A program made the translations under genes and the position numbers. 64,000 bases of DNA, from assembly GCA_964476135.1 (NCBI GenBank), contig CAYYYG010000002.1, positions 8,005 to 72,004 on the forward strand, in the 5' to 3' direction. The notes beneath the pieces are model-generated. The model worked only from the letters and a program-made list of their open reading frames with translations, was not told the DNA's origin and did not search any database. Source of the DNA: an uncultured Gammaproteobacteria bacterium (GTDB taxonomy: Bacteria; Patescibacteriota; Microgenomatia; UBA1406; GWC2-37-13). Below are positions 29,265 to 39,431 of the stretch, piece after piece; positions within the stretch are counted from its first letter, which is position 1, and each line of letters starts with the position of its first letter.

Positions 29265-31217
29265 TCAGGCGACCTTGCGCAGATTAAGGTATTTACCGAA
29301 CACAATCAAGGATAAAAATAATGAAATCAGCATCTCAGAGAGTAAAGTTATCCAGGAACTCGCAAAATATGAATATTTTGGCACAAGCAGTAAATTCAAA
29401 GAGATATTTATGATCGACTGTGTTACAAACACATATAAAACTATTCTCGGTTTCCCAATAACATATAAAACATTCATAAGAACAGAAGAATATAAAATAA
29501 AAGGCAGGGAAAACACAACGATTCCAAGCACTGGTGTCGCAGCTGCATAATCAGGCCTTAATAAGGCGATAACCAATGGAGCAACCAAAAGCACGGCCGA
29601 TGCAACGATGAACCCGAGAGCCGTCATATATTTGATGTCTCGCATCATCCTTTTGTACAACATACTCACACCTTCTTTATGAAGTTTTGCGAAAACTGGT
29701 GTCGAGCTTATGTTGTAACTTGCTGCGATAAACAATAGCGCATCAAAGAATTTATAGCCAGCCGAATAAATCCCGACACTTTTGGCATCAGCATAGCGGT
29801 TGAGTATAAAAATATCGGCTTTGTAGTAAAACCCGGCGAATAACCCGATAAGTATGTAAATATACGATTTTTTAAGAATATTAAACCATTCATGAACGTT
29901 AACATTTAAACTCAGTCCAATTTCTTTGTTTATAAAAAAAACATTAACTAAAGCATAAGCGAAATACAGGATTCCAACTAAATTAAAAATTCCGTCGAGC
30001 CTTTGCGTATAGAGTAAAATTATTATTTGCACAACAACTAGTACAAAATTGAAACTGGTCGATAAAAACGTCGCTGCATATGCGCGATTAAATATCGAGG
30101 TAAGTATTAAATAACTCCCTGAAAAAGCGTTAGAAATCGTTATAACCGATGCCAGCGTAATAAATGTAAGTAATTTTGTGTCGTATCCCCATACCCAAGC
30201 TAATATGTTTACCACGACAAATACGATTATCGACATAACAGCCCGCATAACGATAAGGTCATTTAGCTTATTTTTTTTCTCGGTGGCTCCGTGCACTATC
30301 CCATATGATGTTGTCCCCAGATCAAGAAAAGGTGAAAAAATTGCTACATGAGACCATACGACAGAATATATTCCATAATCTTCCGGTTTTAATGTTCTCG
30401 TCAAAACAAGGAATAGTCCAAAAAAAAGTACTTTATTTAAAAGTGAAGAGATATTAAGACTTAAAAAATTTTTCAGAAAGGTATTTGACTTAAATATCTT
30501 GATAATTACATCTTTTTCTTCGATAAGCGTGAGAGGTACCCTTAAAAGCTCGTATGCCAAGCTGTATAATCGTCCGAATTTTATTAGATAAAGTAACCTA
30601 CTTATAAAAAGTAATTTTTTTTTATTCGGATTGCTGGATGAATTTTCAAAATGTTCATAATAATTATCGGTGATTATTCCTACTTTCAGCCCGGCCCTTG
30701 AAGCTCTCGTACAGTAGTCGACATCTTCATAATACATACCGTACCCTTCATCGAAATAACCGATTTTATCGACCACTTCCTTTTTAATCACCATCAGCGA
30801 ACCAGATACGAAATCAACATGTCTATATTTCTCTTTTGGTCGGGTAGAAAGTAGACCGCCACTCAGTCTTACCCGATCGACTACACCTCCGTAATAGCGT
30901 TTGCCTTCTTGAACCATGGCGAATCCACCTATATCGAAGCGGTTCACCAATTCTTCGATAATATCTAAAAATCGACTTCCGTTTATTCCAAATAATAGTT
31001 CAATGGAGATATCGGGATTGGCGATTATGTAAATATCACAGCCGTCAACTCTTGCCTGCTTTATACCTTTATTTACGCCCTCGGCATAACCCTTTTGAGT
31101 ACCGGATTGGTCGATATAATACATTCTAACCCCAGGTAGATGGGCCGTCTCTTTTTTAACTCTAACGACATCATACTCCGGAGTATTATAAAGCACAAAA
31201 ATAATTCCTATAAGCAT
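29265..31217 (-). CDS. fusion of an N-terminal GT2 (rhamnosyltransferase-like) domain with a C-terminal Wzx/MOP-type polysaccharide flippase domain
   Basis: N-terminus: IIFVLYNTPE...NPDISI...GMYYEDVDYCTRASRAGLKV. The C-terminal ~420 aa have 12 or more TM helices in the polysaccharide-biosynthesis (flippase) pattern. Confidence 0.7.
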   Translation of the reverse strand: MLIGIIFVLYNTPEYDVVRVKKETAHLPGVRMYYIDQSGTQKGYAEGVNKGIKQARVDGCDIYIIANPDISIELLFGINGSRFLDIIEELVNRFDIGGFAMVQEGKRYYGGVVDRVRLSGGLLSTRPKEKYRHVDFVSGSLMVIKKEVVDKIGYFDEGYGMYYEDVDYCTRASRAGLKVGIITDNYYEHFENSSSNPNKKKLLFISRLLYLIKFGRLYSLAYELLRVPLTLIEEKDVIIKIFKSNTFLKNFLSLNISSLLNKVLFFGLFLVLTRTLKPEDYGIYSVVWSHVAIFSPFLDLGTTSYGIVHGATEKKNKLNDLIVMRAVMSIIVFVVVNILAWVWGYDTKLLTFITLASVITISNAFSGSYLILTSIFNRAYAATFLSTSFNFVLVVVQIIILLYTQRLDGIFNLVGILYFAYALVNVFFINKEIGLSLNVNVHEWFNILKKSYIYILIGLFAGFYYKADIFILNRYADAKSVGIYSAGYKFFDALLFIAASYNISSTPVFAKLHKEGVSMLYKRMMRDIKYMTALGFIVASAVLLVAPLVIALLRPDYAAATPVLGIVVFSLPFILYSSVLMNVLYVIGKPRIVLYVFVTQSIINISLNLLLVPKYSYFASSWITLLSEMLISLFLSLIVFGKYLNLRKVA

Positions 31218-31221
31218 ATGG

Positions 31222-31974
31222 TTATATTTTCTCAGATCTTTGGCTAATTTTATAAACCATAAGCAGCAAATAGGTTAAAAATTCCATATATCCGAATCCA
31301 ATATCAAGAGGTAATCGCCATATTCCATCTCGATAGCCTTGAGCTTCAATAAACCTGGCATGAATCATATGGAGAGGGTTCAGTAGCACCTTGCGGAGCG
31401 AACTTCTTTCACCGGCATTTAATTTCGCCTCATATTCTCGGATCGCATACTTAGTAAATTTCGAATACATCTGATACAAACTACGGTATGAATGGTGAAT
31501 AATCACGTTGTCCAATTGCCCTATTTTTCCTTCTATCTCGAAATGTTCATGTACGAGCGCGGGACGTATAAAAACTGCAGATCTCTTAAAAAGTCTTAGC
31601 ATTTTATAATTTTCACCGCCATAACGCACTGGTCTCCCTAAGTAATGATTGGAAAAAGGAATTATATACCCCTCGGCTGTTGGATTTAGTGTTCCGATCT
31701 CGTTGATTAACTCACCAGATAGCATTTCATCACTGTCCAGTGCTAATATCCAAGGCTGTGTGGCTAAATTCAGGCCGATTTTTCTTTTTTTTCCTAAGTC
31801 TTTTTCTGATGTAAAATGCAGTTTGCAGTTATATTTTTCAGCTATTTTAGCAGTATTGTCTATCGAGAAACCATCTATAATTACAATTTCCCGAGCTAAA
31901 TTTTTTACAGAGTCTAAACATTTAGATAAGGTATCTGCGGAGTTATAGGTTATAATAACCACACTTAAATCCAT
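31222..31974 (-). CDS. family 2 glycosyltransferase
   Basis: MDLSVVIITYNSADTLSKCLDSV...DGFSIDNT...ALDSDE. Start set to the ATG at 31974, because the track start at 31986 is TTG. Confidence 0.85.
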   Translation of the reverse strand: MDLSVVIITYNSADTLSKCLDSVKNLAREIVIIDGFSIDNTAKIAEKYNCKLHFTSEKDLGKKRKIGLNLATQPWILALDSDEMLSGELINEIGTLNPTAEGYIIPFSNHYLGRPVRYGGENYKMLRLFKRSAVFIRPALVHEHFEIEGKIGQLDNVIIHHSYRSLYQMYSKFTKYAIREYEAKLNAGERSSLRKVLLNPLHMIHARFIEAQGYRDGIWRLPLDIGFGYMEFLTYLLLMVYKISQRSEKI

Positions 31975-32077
31975 AGCTGAGTCCAATTATAAACTGTCTG
32001 TACCCTCATTGTGTAGACAAAAACCTGAGACTATCAAAATTTGACTCATCTACTTGGGTTTAACTAATAACTTACAT

Positions 32078-32106
32078 TTGTAAAAAATACACTCTTAGTA
32101 TATAAT
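32078..32106 (+). promoter_or_regulatory. sigma70-like promoter TTGTAA-17-TATAAT for the double-GT2 gene
   Basis: ttgtaa at 32078-32083, a 17-nt spacer, tataat at 32101-32106. The ATG is 23 nt downstream. Confidence 0.45.
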
Positions 32107-32129
32107 TTCATCCATACTATAGGTATATT

Positions 32130-34304
32130 ATGTACAACACAGCAAATAATACAAAATCAGAAGGATTGGTCTCTATAGTCATACCAGTAAGGAATGAAAA
32201 ACCTAATCTGGAAGACTTGGTCATGCGGATCGACAGAACTTTCCGCAATGCCGATAAAAGATATGAAATAATCGCGATTGATGATTACTCGTCAGATAAC
32301 AGCTATACACTCTTAAAAACACTTTCACAACTATATCCTATAAAAGTATTTAAAAAGAATGGAGTAATTGGTAAAGGGGCTTCGATTATCGAAGGGTTCG
32401 AACACATAAACGGCTCGATCATAGTCACATTAGACGCCGACCTATCATACCCGCCTGAGAATGTAATCGGTATGATCTCTAAAATAGATGAATACGATGT
32501 GGTCGTCGGCACCAGGGTATATATGGACGGCGAAAAACGTATCAAGAAGATTTTTGCAAAAATCTCACAATTTCTATTTGGAAAAATCATGTTTGGACTC
32601 GACTATGACGTCCAATCAGGTCTTAAAGTATTCAAGAGACAAGTGATCGACAGCATAATTCTTTTCCCCACCAGGTGGAGTTTTGATCTGGAATTTTTAT
32701 ACAAAGCCGATCAGGCCGGCTACTCCATAATTGGGTATCCAATTCAGTACGGATCAAGACACCATGGGATTGACAAATTGAATCCATTTTTAGCCTTAAT
32801 TGAGCTTGGTATAATGACAATGCGTTACCGCCTGTTTCCTACTCATCCGGTTTTCATAGACAAAGGTAGTACAGATCTGCTCGAGATAGGATGGAAATCC
32901 AAACGATTCAAACCTTATACAAACTTGCGTCTTGAAAACAGTGCGATAAAAACCATAAGCTCCGGTCAGCTAGTAATGGGAGCAATAGTCGTACTTATGA
33001 TCATTAACTTATTTCTTCTCAATTGGAAACTAACCTTAATCGGAATAATGTGTTTTATAACGGTAATATATTTTGCGGACCTTTTATTCAACCTTCTTCT
33101 TATAGCTTTCTCACTTAAAAAAACCCCTGAAATCAGAATTCCTGATGAAGAAATAAAAAAAGATCGTGTATGGCCAATGTACACAATAATTTGTCCTTTA
33201 TATAAGGAATGGGAGGTAATTCCTCAATTTGCAAAAGCGATGAGTAATTTGGATTACCCGGCTGATAAAGTCGAGGTTATGCTCGTTCTTGAAGAAGACG
33301 ATAAAACAACCCAGAATGAGGTAAAGAAACTCACACTTCCTGCTAATTTTAAGGTGCTCGTGACCCCCCACACCTTCCCAAAAACCAAGCCCAAAGCTTG
33401 TAACTATGCTCTGCTTCAATCCAAAGGTGAATATGTGGTAATTTACGACGCAGAGGACGTTCCAGATAAATACCAACTCAAAAAAGCTGTAGTTACATTT
33501 GAAAAGCTTACAAACGAAAATGTTGTGTGTTTGCAGGCCAAACTTAATTTTTACAATGTTAACCAGAACTTACTGACGCGAATCTTTACGCTAGAATATT
33601 CGCTCTGGTTCGACCTTATCCTGACCGGATTACATGCAATAGGTGCGCCTATCCCACTTGGGGGTACTTCTAATCATTTCCGTACCTCGCACCTGCAGTT
33701 ATTACAAGGATGGGATCCTTTCAACGTCACTGAAGACTGTGATTTGGGGATACGACTTTTTAAATACGGTTACAATACCAAGATTTTGGATTCGGTTACA
33801 CTTGAGGAAGCCAACAGCAGCTTCTGGGGATGGTTTCCGCAGCGGACACGGTGGATGAAAGGCTACATTCAAACATATCTGGTGCATATGCGAAGACCCC
33901 ATGATTTTGTCACTGATTGGTCCAACCCCCATTTATTCACTTTTCAACTTGTGGTCGGCGGCAAGATACTCTCCACACTTATCAACCCGCTTCTCTGGAT
34001 ATTAACCATAACGTACTTTATGTTCAGATCTTATACAGCAAATTTCATAGAGTCACTGTTTCTCGATCCTATATATTATTTAGCTGTGGTATCGTTGCTT
34101 ATCGGCAATTTCCTATATTTTTATTATTATATGATCGGAGCCGCAAAGCGTGGTTATTGGTCTCTAATTAAGTTCGCATATCTAGTGCCTTTTTACTGGA
34201 TCATGATGAGCGTTGCTTCCTGGAGGGCATTGCATCAGATAATATTCAAACCGCATTACTGGGAAAAGACCAAACATGGGCTTCATCTAAAACCGGTAAT
34301 ATGA
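32130..34304 (+). CDS. double-GT2 fusion: N-terminal polyprenyl-phosphate glycosyltransferase (DPM1/GtrB/ArnC-like) domain, TM segments, then a processive beta-glycan synthase-like GT2 domain
   Basis: Domain 1: VSIVIPVRNEKPNL...IIAIDDYSSDNS...LDADLSYPPE. Domain 2: YTIICPLYKE...IYDAEDVPD...TEDCDLGIRL...QRTRWMKG (D, D, TED, QxxRW). TM helices lie between the domains and after domain 2. Confidence 0.8.
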   Translation: MYNTANNTKSEGLVSIVIPVRNEKPNLEDLVMRIDRTFRNADKRYEIIAIDDYSSDNSYTLLKTLSQLYPIKVFKKNGVIGKGASIIEGFEHINGSIIVTLDADLSYPPENVIGMISKIDEYDVVVGTRVYMDGEKRIKKIFAKISQFLFGKIMFGLDYDVQSGLKVFKRQVIDSIILFPTRWSFDLEFLYKADQAGYSIIGYPIQYGSRHHGIDKLNPFLALIELGIMTMRYRLFPTHPVFIDKGSTDLLEIGWKSKRFKPYTNLRLENSAIKTISSGQLVMGAIVVLMIINLFLLNWKLTLIGIMCFITVIYFADLLFNLLLIAFSLKKTPEIRIPDEEIKKDRVWPMYTIICPLYKEWEVIPQFAKAMSNLDYPADKVEVMLVLEEDDKTTQNEVKKLTLPANFKVLVTPHTFPKTKPKACNYALLQSKGEYVVIYDAEDVPDKYQLKKAVVTFEKLTNENVVCLQAKLNFYNVNQNLLTRIFTLEYSLWFDLILTGLHAIGAPIPLGGTSNHFRTSHLQLLQGWDPFNVTEDCDLGIRLFKYGYNTKILDSVTLEEANSSFWGWFPQRTRWMKGYIQTYLVHMRRPHDFVTDWSNPHLFTFQLVVGGKILSTLINPLLWILTITYFMFRSYTANFIESLFLDPIYYLAVVSLLIGNFLYFYYYMIGAAKRGYWSLIKFAYLVPFYWIMMSVASWRALHQIIFKPHYWEKTKHGLHLKPVI

Positions 34305-34314
34305 CGGTAATCAT

Positions 34315-35541
34315 ATGCCAAAACTACCCAAAAGAAAAACGCTGCACGTAATTGCCAAGTATTTTTATGAATCTACGAACGACGTTCAGGCGCATATCGT
34401 GAAAACCTATAATGCATTTGATCCGGATGAGTGGAATATCACTATTCATTCAACAACCGACACGCTGACTAATAAAGACGTATTACGAAAAAGGGAAATG
34501 ATCGGCGATATTCAGGTGCGTCGTTCACGCAGTAATTTTTTTGGATTCTCCCCAAAAATCCAATGGGATAAAACAGATCTGATCTGCCTTTATGGTTTTA
34601 AACTTTTTCCTCACATATTTATTTTTCTCAAAACACTTTATCTTAAAATATCGGGGCAAAAAAAATACGCTTTAATGTTTATTCCCCAGGGCGGCTATAC
34701 CCCCTATTGGAAAAGATATAGTCTTTTAAGGCGCGCTGGAAAACAAATGTATCACGCTCTTATCGGCCGTGTCTTAATTAATCTTACGACTGATGGAATA
34801 CTCACCACTTCAAGCTGGGAGAGACACGAAATGATCAAGAAAGGCATTAGAGAAGAACTTATCGTAACAATTCCCGACGGAATAGAAGATGAAGCATACG
34901 AGGATATTATCAAAAAAGCCAGTGAGCAGATAAAGTCAAAGACGCAAAGATACGGCGCCTATATATTACAACTGGGCAGAATACACCCGATCAAAAATTT
35001 TGAAACAACAATTAAAGCATTAAGTTATCTACCAGACTCGATAAATCTTGTTATTGCCGGCCCAGTGGGCGACAAAAAATATATTCGACGACTTCATCAC
35101 TTAGTTAAAAAACTCCATCTGGAAAAGAGAGTTTATTTTCATGGAGTAATCAGGAGTTATGACAAATACTATTTATTAAAAAATGCACGGTTGCTCGTAC
35201 ATATACCAATGTGGGATGCTAACGGTACAGTAATTTATGAAGCTATGAGCCAGGGGTTAGTAAGCATCGTTTCTAATCAGGCCGCACCGCTTGGTATTAT
35301 TCGAGATGATGTAAATGGTTTTTTTATAAACTCACAGGACGATCTAGACCTCGGCAAAAAAATTCATCACATTCTAAACACACATAACTCAGCAAAACTC
35401 AAAAACATAACTGCGAGGAATCTGAATATAGCACACGATCTAAAATCAAGTAGACTGCAAAAACGTTTGGAAATTTTTTACACAACTATTCTTATGAAAC
35501 AAAAATACCCATACAGATTAACATCTGGTCATGCTTATTGA
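34315..35541 (+). CDS. family 4 (GT-B) glycosyltransferase
   Basis: ILQLGRIHPIKN and DANGTVIYEAMSQGLVSIVSN. Confidence 0.8.
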   Translation: MPKLPKRKTLHVIAKYFYESTNDVQAHIVKTYNAFDPDEWNITIHSTTDTLTNKDVLRKREMIGDIQVRRSRSNFFGFSPKIQWDKTDLICLYGFKLFPHIFIFLKTLYLKISGQKKYALMFIPQGGYTPYWKRYSLLRRAGKQMYHALIGRVLINLTTDGILTTSSWERHEMIKKGIREELIVTIPDGIEDEAYEDIIKKASEQIKSKTQRYGAYILQLGRIHPIKNFETTIKALSYLPDSINLVIAGPVGDKKYIRRLHHLVKKLHLEKRVYFHGVIRSYDKYYLLKNARLLVHIPMWDANGTVIYEAMSQGLVSIVSNQAAPLGIIRDDVNGFFINSQDDLDLGKKIHHILNTHNSAKLKNITARNLNIAHDLKSSRLQKRLEIFYTTILMKQKYPYRLTSGHAY

Positions 35542-35544
35542 TTG

Positions 35545-35553
35545 TGGTATAAT
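35545..35553 (+). promoter_or_regulatory. extended -10 TGgTATAAT, 12 nt upstream of the ATG at 35566
   Basis: tggtataat at 35545-35553, immediately after the stop of the preceding GT4 gene. Confidence 0.4.
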
Positions 35554-35565
35554 ACTTTCCTGTGT

Positions 35566-36480
35566 ATGATGTTACATAAGCAGCTATCCATCAGTGTAGT
35601 TATAGTCGCGCGTGATCACGAAGACAAGATTACATACCTCCTACGATCGGTACTCAAACAGAATTTGCATGACTACATTCTAGACAGAATAATCGTAGTT
35701 TGTGACGGGAGTTCAGATCATACGCCGGCAAAAGTCTCTAGATATGCAAATAAATATCCGCAAATCACATTTCTTTATTACGCTGATGCTTTAGGCACCA
35801 ATACAAGAATTGAGAATGTCGTTAGCACACTAACTAGCGATGTTATTCTATTAGTGGAGCCGAACATAGTACTTAAAGGCACCAACTTCATACGTGACAT
35901 ACTGACAAGGTTTTATGCGGAGCGAATAGTAATGGTGATACCATCCACACAGATATCGGACGGCACGGGGATTAAAAATTACATTAACAAACAAATCTTT
36001 TCCGTAAGAGATAAATTTGCCAGAATTACCCGTGACTCTCATTTAATATACTCACTAAATCTGGACGCTGTTGCGGTTAGAAAAAACTTCATTAAAGGCA
36101 TGATTTTTCCTTCTGATATAAACAGAACTATCTACCTATATTTTTCAGCTCTTTATTCAAATAATCACGTAATACCTTGCGACTCAGCGAGCATTATTAA
36201 AACTTACCCTGATCTGATCAACTCCCTGACAGATCTAACAAAAATCAAAGTCAGCTTTAAGCAAATTTTTGGCGACTTGGTAGAAAGAGAGGTTAACTTA
36301 TCTGTGTGGAAGAAAATATTCATCTTTTTCTCTCTGTTGACGTATAAACCTCTATCAATATTAATTTTCAATATCGTAGTTTTGGTTAATTTTATAGGTA
36401 AATTTTCAAACAATTTGCTCAGCGTCATGAAAACAACTCGTGGAAACGATATCTTAAAGAGGCGTGTACCTTCATATTGA
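35566..36480 (+). CDS. family 2 glycosyltransferase with C-terminal TM segment
   Basis: LSISVVIVARDHEDKITYLLRSVLKQ...VVCDGSSDHTP. Start set to the first ATG, because the track start at 35542 is TTG and lies upstream of the -10 element. Confidence 0.7.
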   Translation: MMLHKQLSISVVIVARDHEDKITYLLRSVLKQNLHDYILDRIIVVCDGSSDHTPAKVSRYANKYPQITFLYYADALGTNTRIENVVSTLTSDVILLVEPNIVLKGTNFIRDILTRFYAERIVMVIPSTQISDGTGIKNYINKQIFSVRDKFARITRDSHLIYSLNLDAVAVRKNFIKGMIFPSDINRTIYLYFSALYSNNHVIPCDSASIIKTYPDLINSLTDLTKIKVSFKQIFGDLVEREVNLSVWKKIFIFFSLLTYKPLSILIFNIVVLVNFIGKFSNNLLSVMKTTRGNDILKRRVPSY

Positions 36481-36514
36481 CTTAATTAAACTACTACTTT
36501 TTTTCGCATTTATA

Positions 36515-36523
36515 TGGTATAAT
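36515..36523 (+). promoter_or_regulatory. extended -10 TGgTATAAT upstream of the GT4 gene at 36561
   Basis: tggtataat at 36515-36523. Confidence 0.4.
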
Positions 36524-36560
36524 TAAAGACTATATTTTAACCTATAGTATTAATTATAAT

Positions 36561-37799
36561 ATGAAAGCGAAGAGCATCCAACTAACAAAATTCGCAACTT
36601 TTCTGCCCATAGCTTTTATATTAAGAATCAGCAGATTTTTTTTCAGAAACATTATTGATCTTATTTCCGTTATCTGGCCTTTGCCTAACAAATCCCCTTC
36701 TTCTTCAGGAGTAAAGTACCTTATATTTAATTGGCGCGACACCAAACACTCCTACGCCGGCGGTGCCGAACTTTACATTTATGAAATGGCACGAAGATGG
36801 GTTAAGGAGGGCAACGAAGTTACAATTTTTTGCGGCAACGATGGTAACAATTCCAGATATGAAATAGTCGACGGAATTGAGGTTATAAGAAGAGGCGGAT
36901 TTTATTTTGTATATATATGGGCATTTATATATTACATTGTTAAATTTAGAGGACGATTCGATGTAATTATAGATTGTGAAAACGGCATTCCTTTCTTTAC
37001 ACCTCTTTACGCTAAAGAAAAAATATATTTATTGATCCATCATGTTCATCAGGAAGTTTTTAGAAAAAGCCTGCACCCACCTTTCTCATGGTTAGCCTCC
37101 TATTTAGAAATTCAAGTTATGCCCTATGTTTATAAACATGTCCAGATTGTAACGGTATCGGAATCATCGAAGCGCGATATTCAAGAATATGGATTATCAG
37201 ATAGGCCCGCAATCGTTCTTCACAATGGAGTGGATCTTAAAAGGTTCAAGCCAGCAATAAAAACCGATAGACCAATGGTTTTATATCTTGGTAGATTAAA
37301 ATTTTACAAATCGGTGCACGTACTACTTCATGCCGCAAAGCTTGTTCTTGAAAAAATTCCCGATGCTGAATTCGTAATTGCGGGGTCAGGCGAAGAAGAC
37401 GATAATTTATACAATTTAGCTCTTAAACTGGGGATTGACAAATCAGTAAAATTTCTCGGAAAAGTATCCGACGAAACAAAAATCTTACTTTACCAAAAAG
37501 CTTGGGTATTTGTTCAGCCTTCATTTATGGAAGGTTGGGGCAGTACGAATATTGAGGCAAACGCATGTGGAACTCCGGTAATAGCATCCAACGTTCCCGG
37601 ACTACGCGATTCGGTTAAAAACCCTTCAAGTGGATTTCTCGTACCTTATGGACAATCGGAAGAGTTTGCTTCAAAGATATATGATTTAATCACCGACGAA
37701 AAACTTAGAGATTACATGTCCCAGAAGTCGGTGGAATGGGCACAAAATTTTGAATGGGACAAAACAGCCCATGAAGGTTTAAGCATTTTTTCCAAATAG
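36561..37799 (+). CDS. family 4 (GT-B) glycosyltransferase
   Basis: AGGAELYIYEMARRW, LYLGRLKFYKS and SFMEGWGSTNIEANACGTPVIASN. Confidence 0.85.
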   Translation: MKAKSIQLTKFATFLPIAFILRISRFFFRNIIDLISVIWPLPNKSPSSSGVKYLIFNWRDTKHSYAGGAELYIYEMARRWVKEGNEVTIFCGNDGNNSRYEIVDGIEVIRRGGFYFVYIWAFIYYIVKFRGRFDVIIDCENGIPFFTPLYAKEKIYLLIHHVHQEVFRKSLHPPFSWLASYLEIQVMPYVYKHVQIVTVSESSKRDIQEYGLSDRPAIVLHNGVDLKRFKPAIKTDRPMVLYLGRLKFYKSVHVLLHAAKLVLEKIPDAEFVIAGSGEEDDNLYNLALKLGIDKSVKFLGKVSDETKILLYQKAWVFVQPSFMEGWGSTNIEANACGTPVIASNVPGLRDSVKNPSSGFLVPYGQSEEFASKIYDLITDEKLRDYMSQKSVEWAQNFEWDKTAHEGLSIFSK

Positions 37800-37874
37800 C
37801 CTAACAACTTCTAAAAAAATCATCTAAACTAAAATATCAATAAATAAAAATAAACCTATAATATTTCGATTATA

Positions 37875-37883
37875 TGATATAAT
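37875..37883 (+). promoter_or_regulatory. extended -10 TGaTATAAT, 6 nt upstream of the ATG at 37890 (leaderless prediction)
   Basis: tgatataat at 37875-37883, spacer aagact, then ATG. Confidence 0.5.
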
Positions 37884-37889
37884 AAGACT

Positions 37890-39431
37890 ATGAAAGACAT
37901 ATTAGTAAGTATTGTGATATTCTTGATCGGGATCCTTTTGTACGCTGCTACTCTAAGAGCAGTACCAGGAAATCCTACCGGTAATATGGTAAAAAACAAT
38001 CTCGATCAGGCGACAAAACCGCTTGAGTTATCGCCAGAAAGAGGAAGGTATCTGCTGGTTATGTCACTTGCCGAAAACGGTTCATTCTCCTTAAATCAGA
38101 CGCTTGCGGATGCTGCTTATCCAGATATCGGATGGTATCAAGGTAAATTCTATATATTTTTCGCACCCGGCATATCGGTATTAGCACTCCCGATGTATCT
38201 CGTCGGTAAGCCATACGGACTCGCACAGGCCGCCTCTTTTTTCACCATTTCAATAATTTCAGCCATTACCCTGATTTTTTTGTATAAAATATCCCGGGAT
38301 ATTTTTAAGTTACCTGTATGGGCATCATTATTATCCCCCTTGATCTTTGGTTTCGCCTCTACCTCTTGGAGCTATGCGATAACTTTATATCAGCATCATG
38401 TAACTACGTTCTGCATAATATCTTCTATTTATGCCGCTTGGAAATATAAAAATGGCAATGCTTGGTCATGGATCTGGGCGGCATTTATTTGGCTTAATCT
38501 TTCCGTTGCCATCGCAATCGACTATCCGAATGTGATACTGATGGCACCTGTAATGCTATATTTCCTACATTCCTCTTTCAAAATTAGTAAAAATGAAGGT
38601 AATTACACCGCAAAATGGAGACTGTCATATATTGCGACATCAATTATTTTTGTTTGCTATGTATTTGTACAGGCATACTTTAACTACACGCATTTTGGCG
38701 GTGTGACGAGGGTAAGCAATACTATAGCTTCATATAAGGCAATAATCGAAAATAAAACCTTAAAAAACGTTGACACAGAAGAAGCAAATCGCGCTGCCGA
38801 TAATGATCGCAGCGCATCTGGTTTTTTTAATGAATATGCAATACCAACCGGATTTACGATTCTAACACTGGGACTGGATCGTGGCATTTTTCTATACTCT
38901 CCCATATATATACTTGCTCTATTTGGCATCTGGATTGCGGTCAAAAAAATGAATGCGGAAATCGCTGCGCTTCTTGGCGTTACATTCGCAAATTTCTTCC
39001 TTTATAGCAGCTGGGGTGATCCATGGGGAGGCTGGGCCTTCGGACCAAGGTACTTAATACCGTCTATGGCAACACTCTCGATCTTTGTTGGTTTATGGGT
39101 ATCCAGGAACAAATTTATGTTCTTTCGAAGAACAGGAGCGTTTGTCTTAATTGCATATTCCACCGCAGTAGCTTTACTTGGCGCCCTCACGACAAATGCA
39201 GTTCCACCTAAAGTTGAGGCGGATTTTCTTAAGAGCAAGTATAACTTTCTTATGAATCTCGACTTTATGCTGCATAACAGAAGCGGCAGTTTTATTTATA
39301 ATACAAACTTCGCGGATCATATTTCGGTTTCAGAGTATTTCTTTATGATATTTACATTTATTATGTCAGTCACATATATAGTGCTTTTTTTGATTCCTTT
39401 TATTAAATCGATTAAAAACCCTAATACATGA
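37890..39431 (+). CDS. GT-C fold polytopic membrane glycosyltransferase (ArnT/PMT_2-like)
   Basis: 513 aa with about 12 TM helices. The first external loop ELSPERGRYLLVMSLAENGSFSL resembles the DE.RYa...l.e.G motif of ArnT/PMT-type enzymes. Confidence 0.55.
   Translation: MKDILVSIVIFLIGILLYAATLRAVPGNPTGNMVKNNLDQATKPLELSPERGRYLLVMSLAENGSFSLNQTLADAAYPDIGWYQGKFYIFFAPGISVLALPMYLVGKPYGLAQAASFFTISIISAITLIFLYKISRDIFKLPVWASLLSPLIFGFASTSWSYAITLYQHHVTTFCIISSIYAAWKYKNGNAWSWIWAAFIWLNLSVAIAIDYPNVILMAPVMLYFLHSSFKISKNEGNYTAKWRLSYIATSIIFVCYVFVQAYFNYTHFGGVTRVSNTIASYKAIIENKTLKNVDTEEANRAADNDRSASGFFNEYAIPTGFTILTLGLDRGIFLYSPIYILALFGIWIAVKKMNAEIAALLGVTFANFFLYSSWGDPWGGWAFGPRYLIPSMATLSIFVGLWVSRNKFMFFRRTGAFVLIAYSTAVALLGALTTNAVPPKVEADFLKSKYNFLMNLDFMLHNRSGSFIYNTNFADHISVSEYFFMIFTFIMSVTYIVLFLIPFIKSIKNPNT

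Noticed and set aside
35542-35565. TTG start at 35542 (track) for the GT2 gene, and TTG at 31986 for the GT2 on the minus strand
   Set aside because: ATG codons follow 24 and 12 nt downstream, just ahead of the conserved GT2 N-terminus. At 35545 a strong extended -10 lies downstream of the TTG. The longer forms cannot be excluded, but they are less likely.
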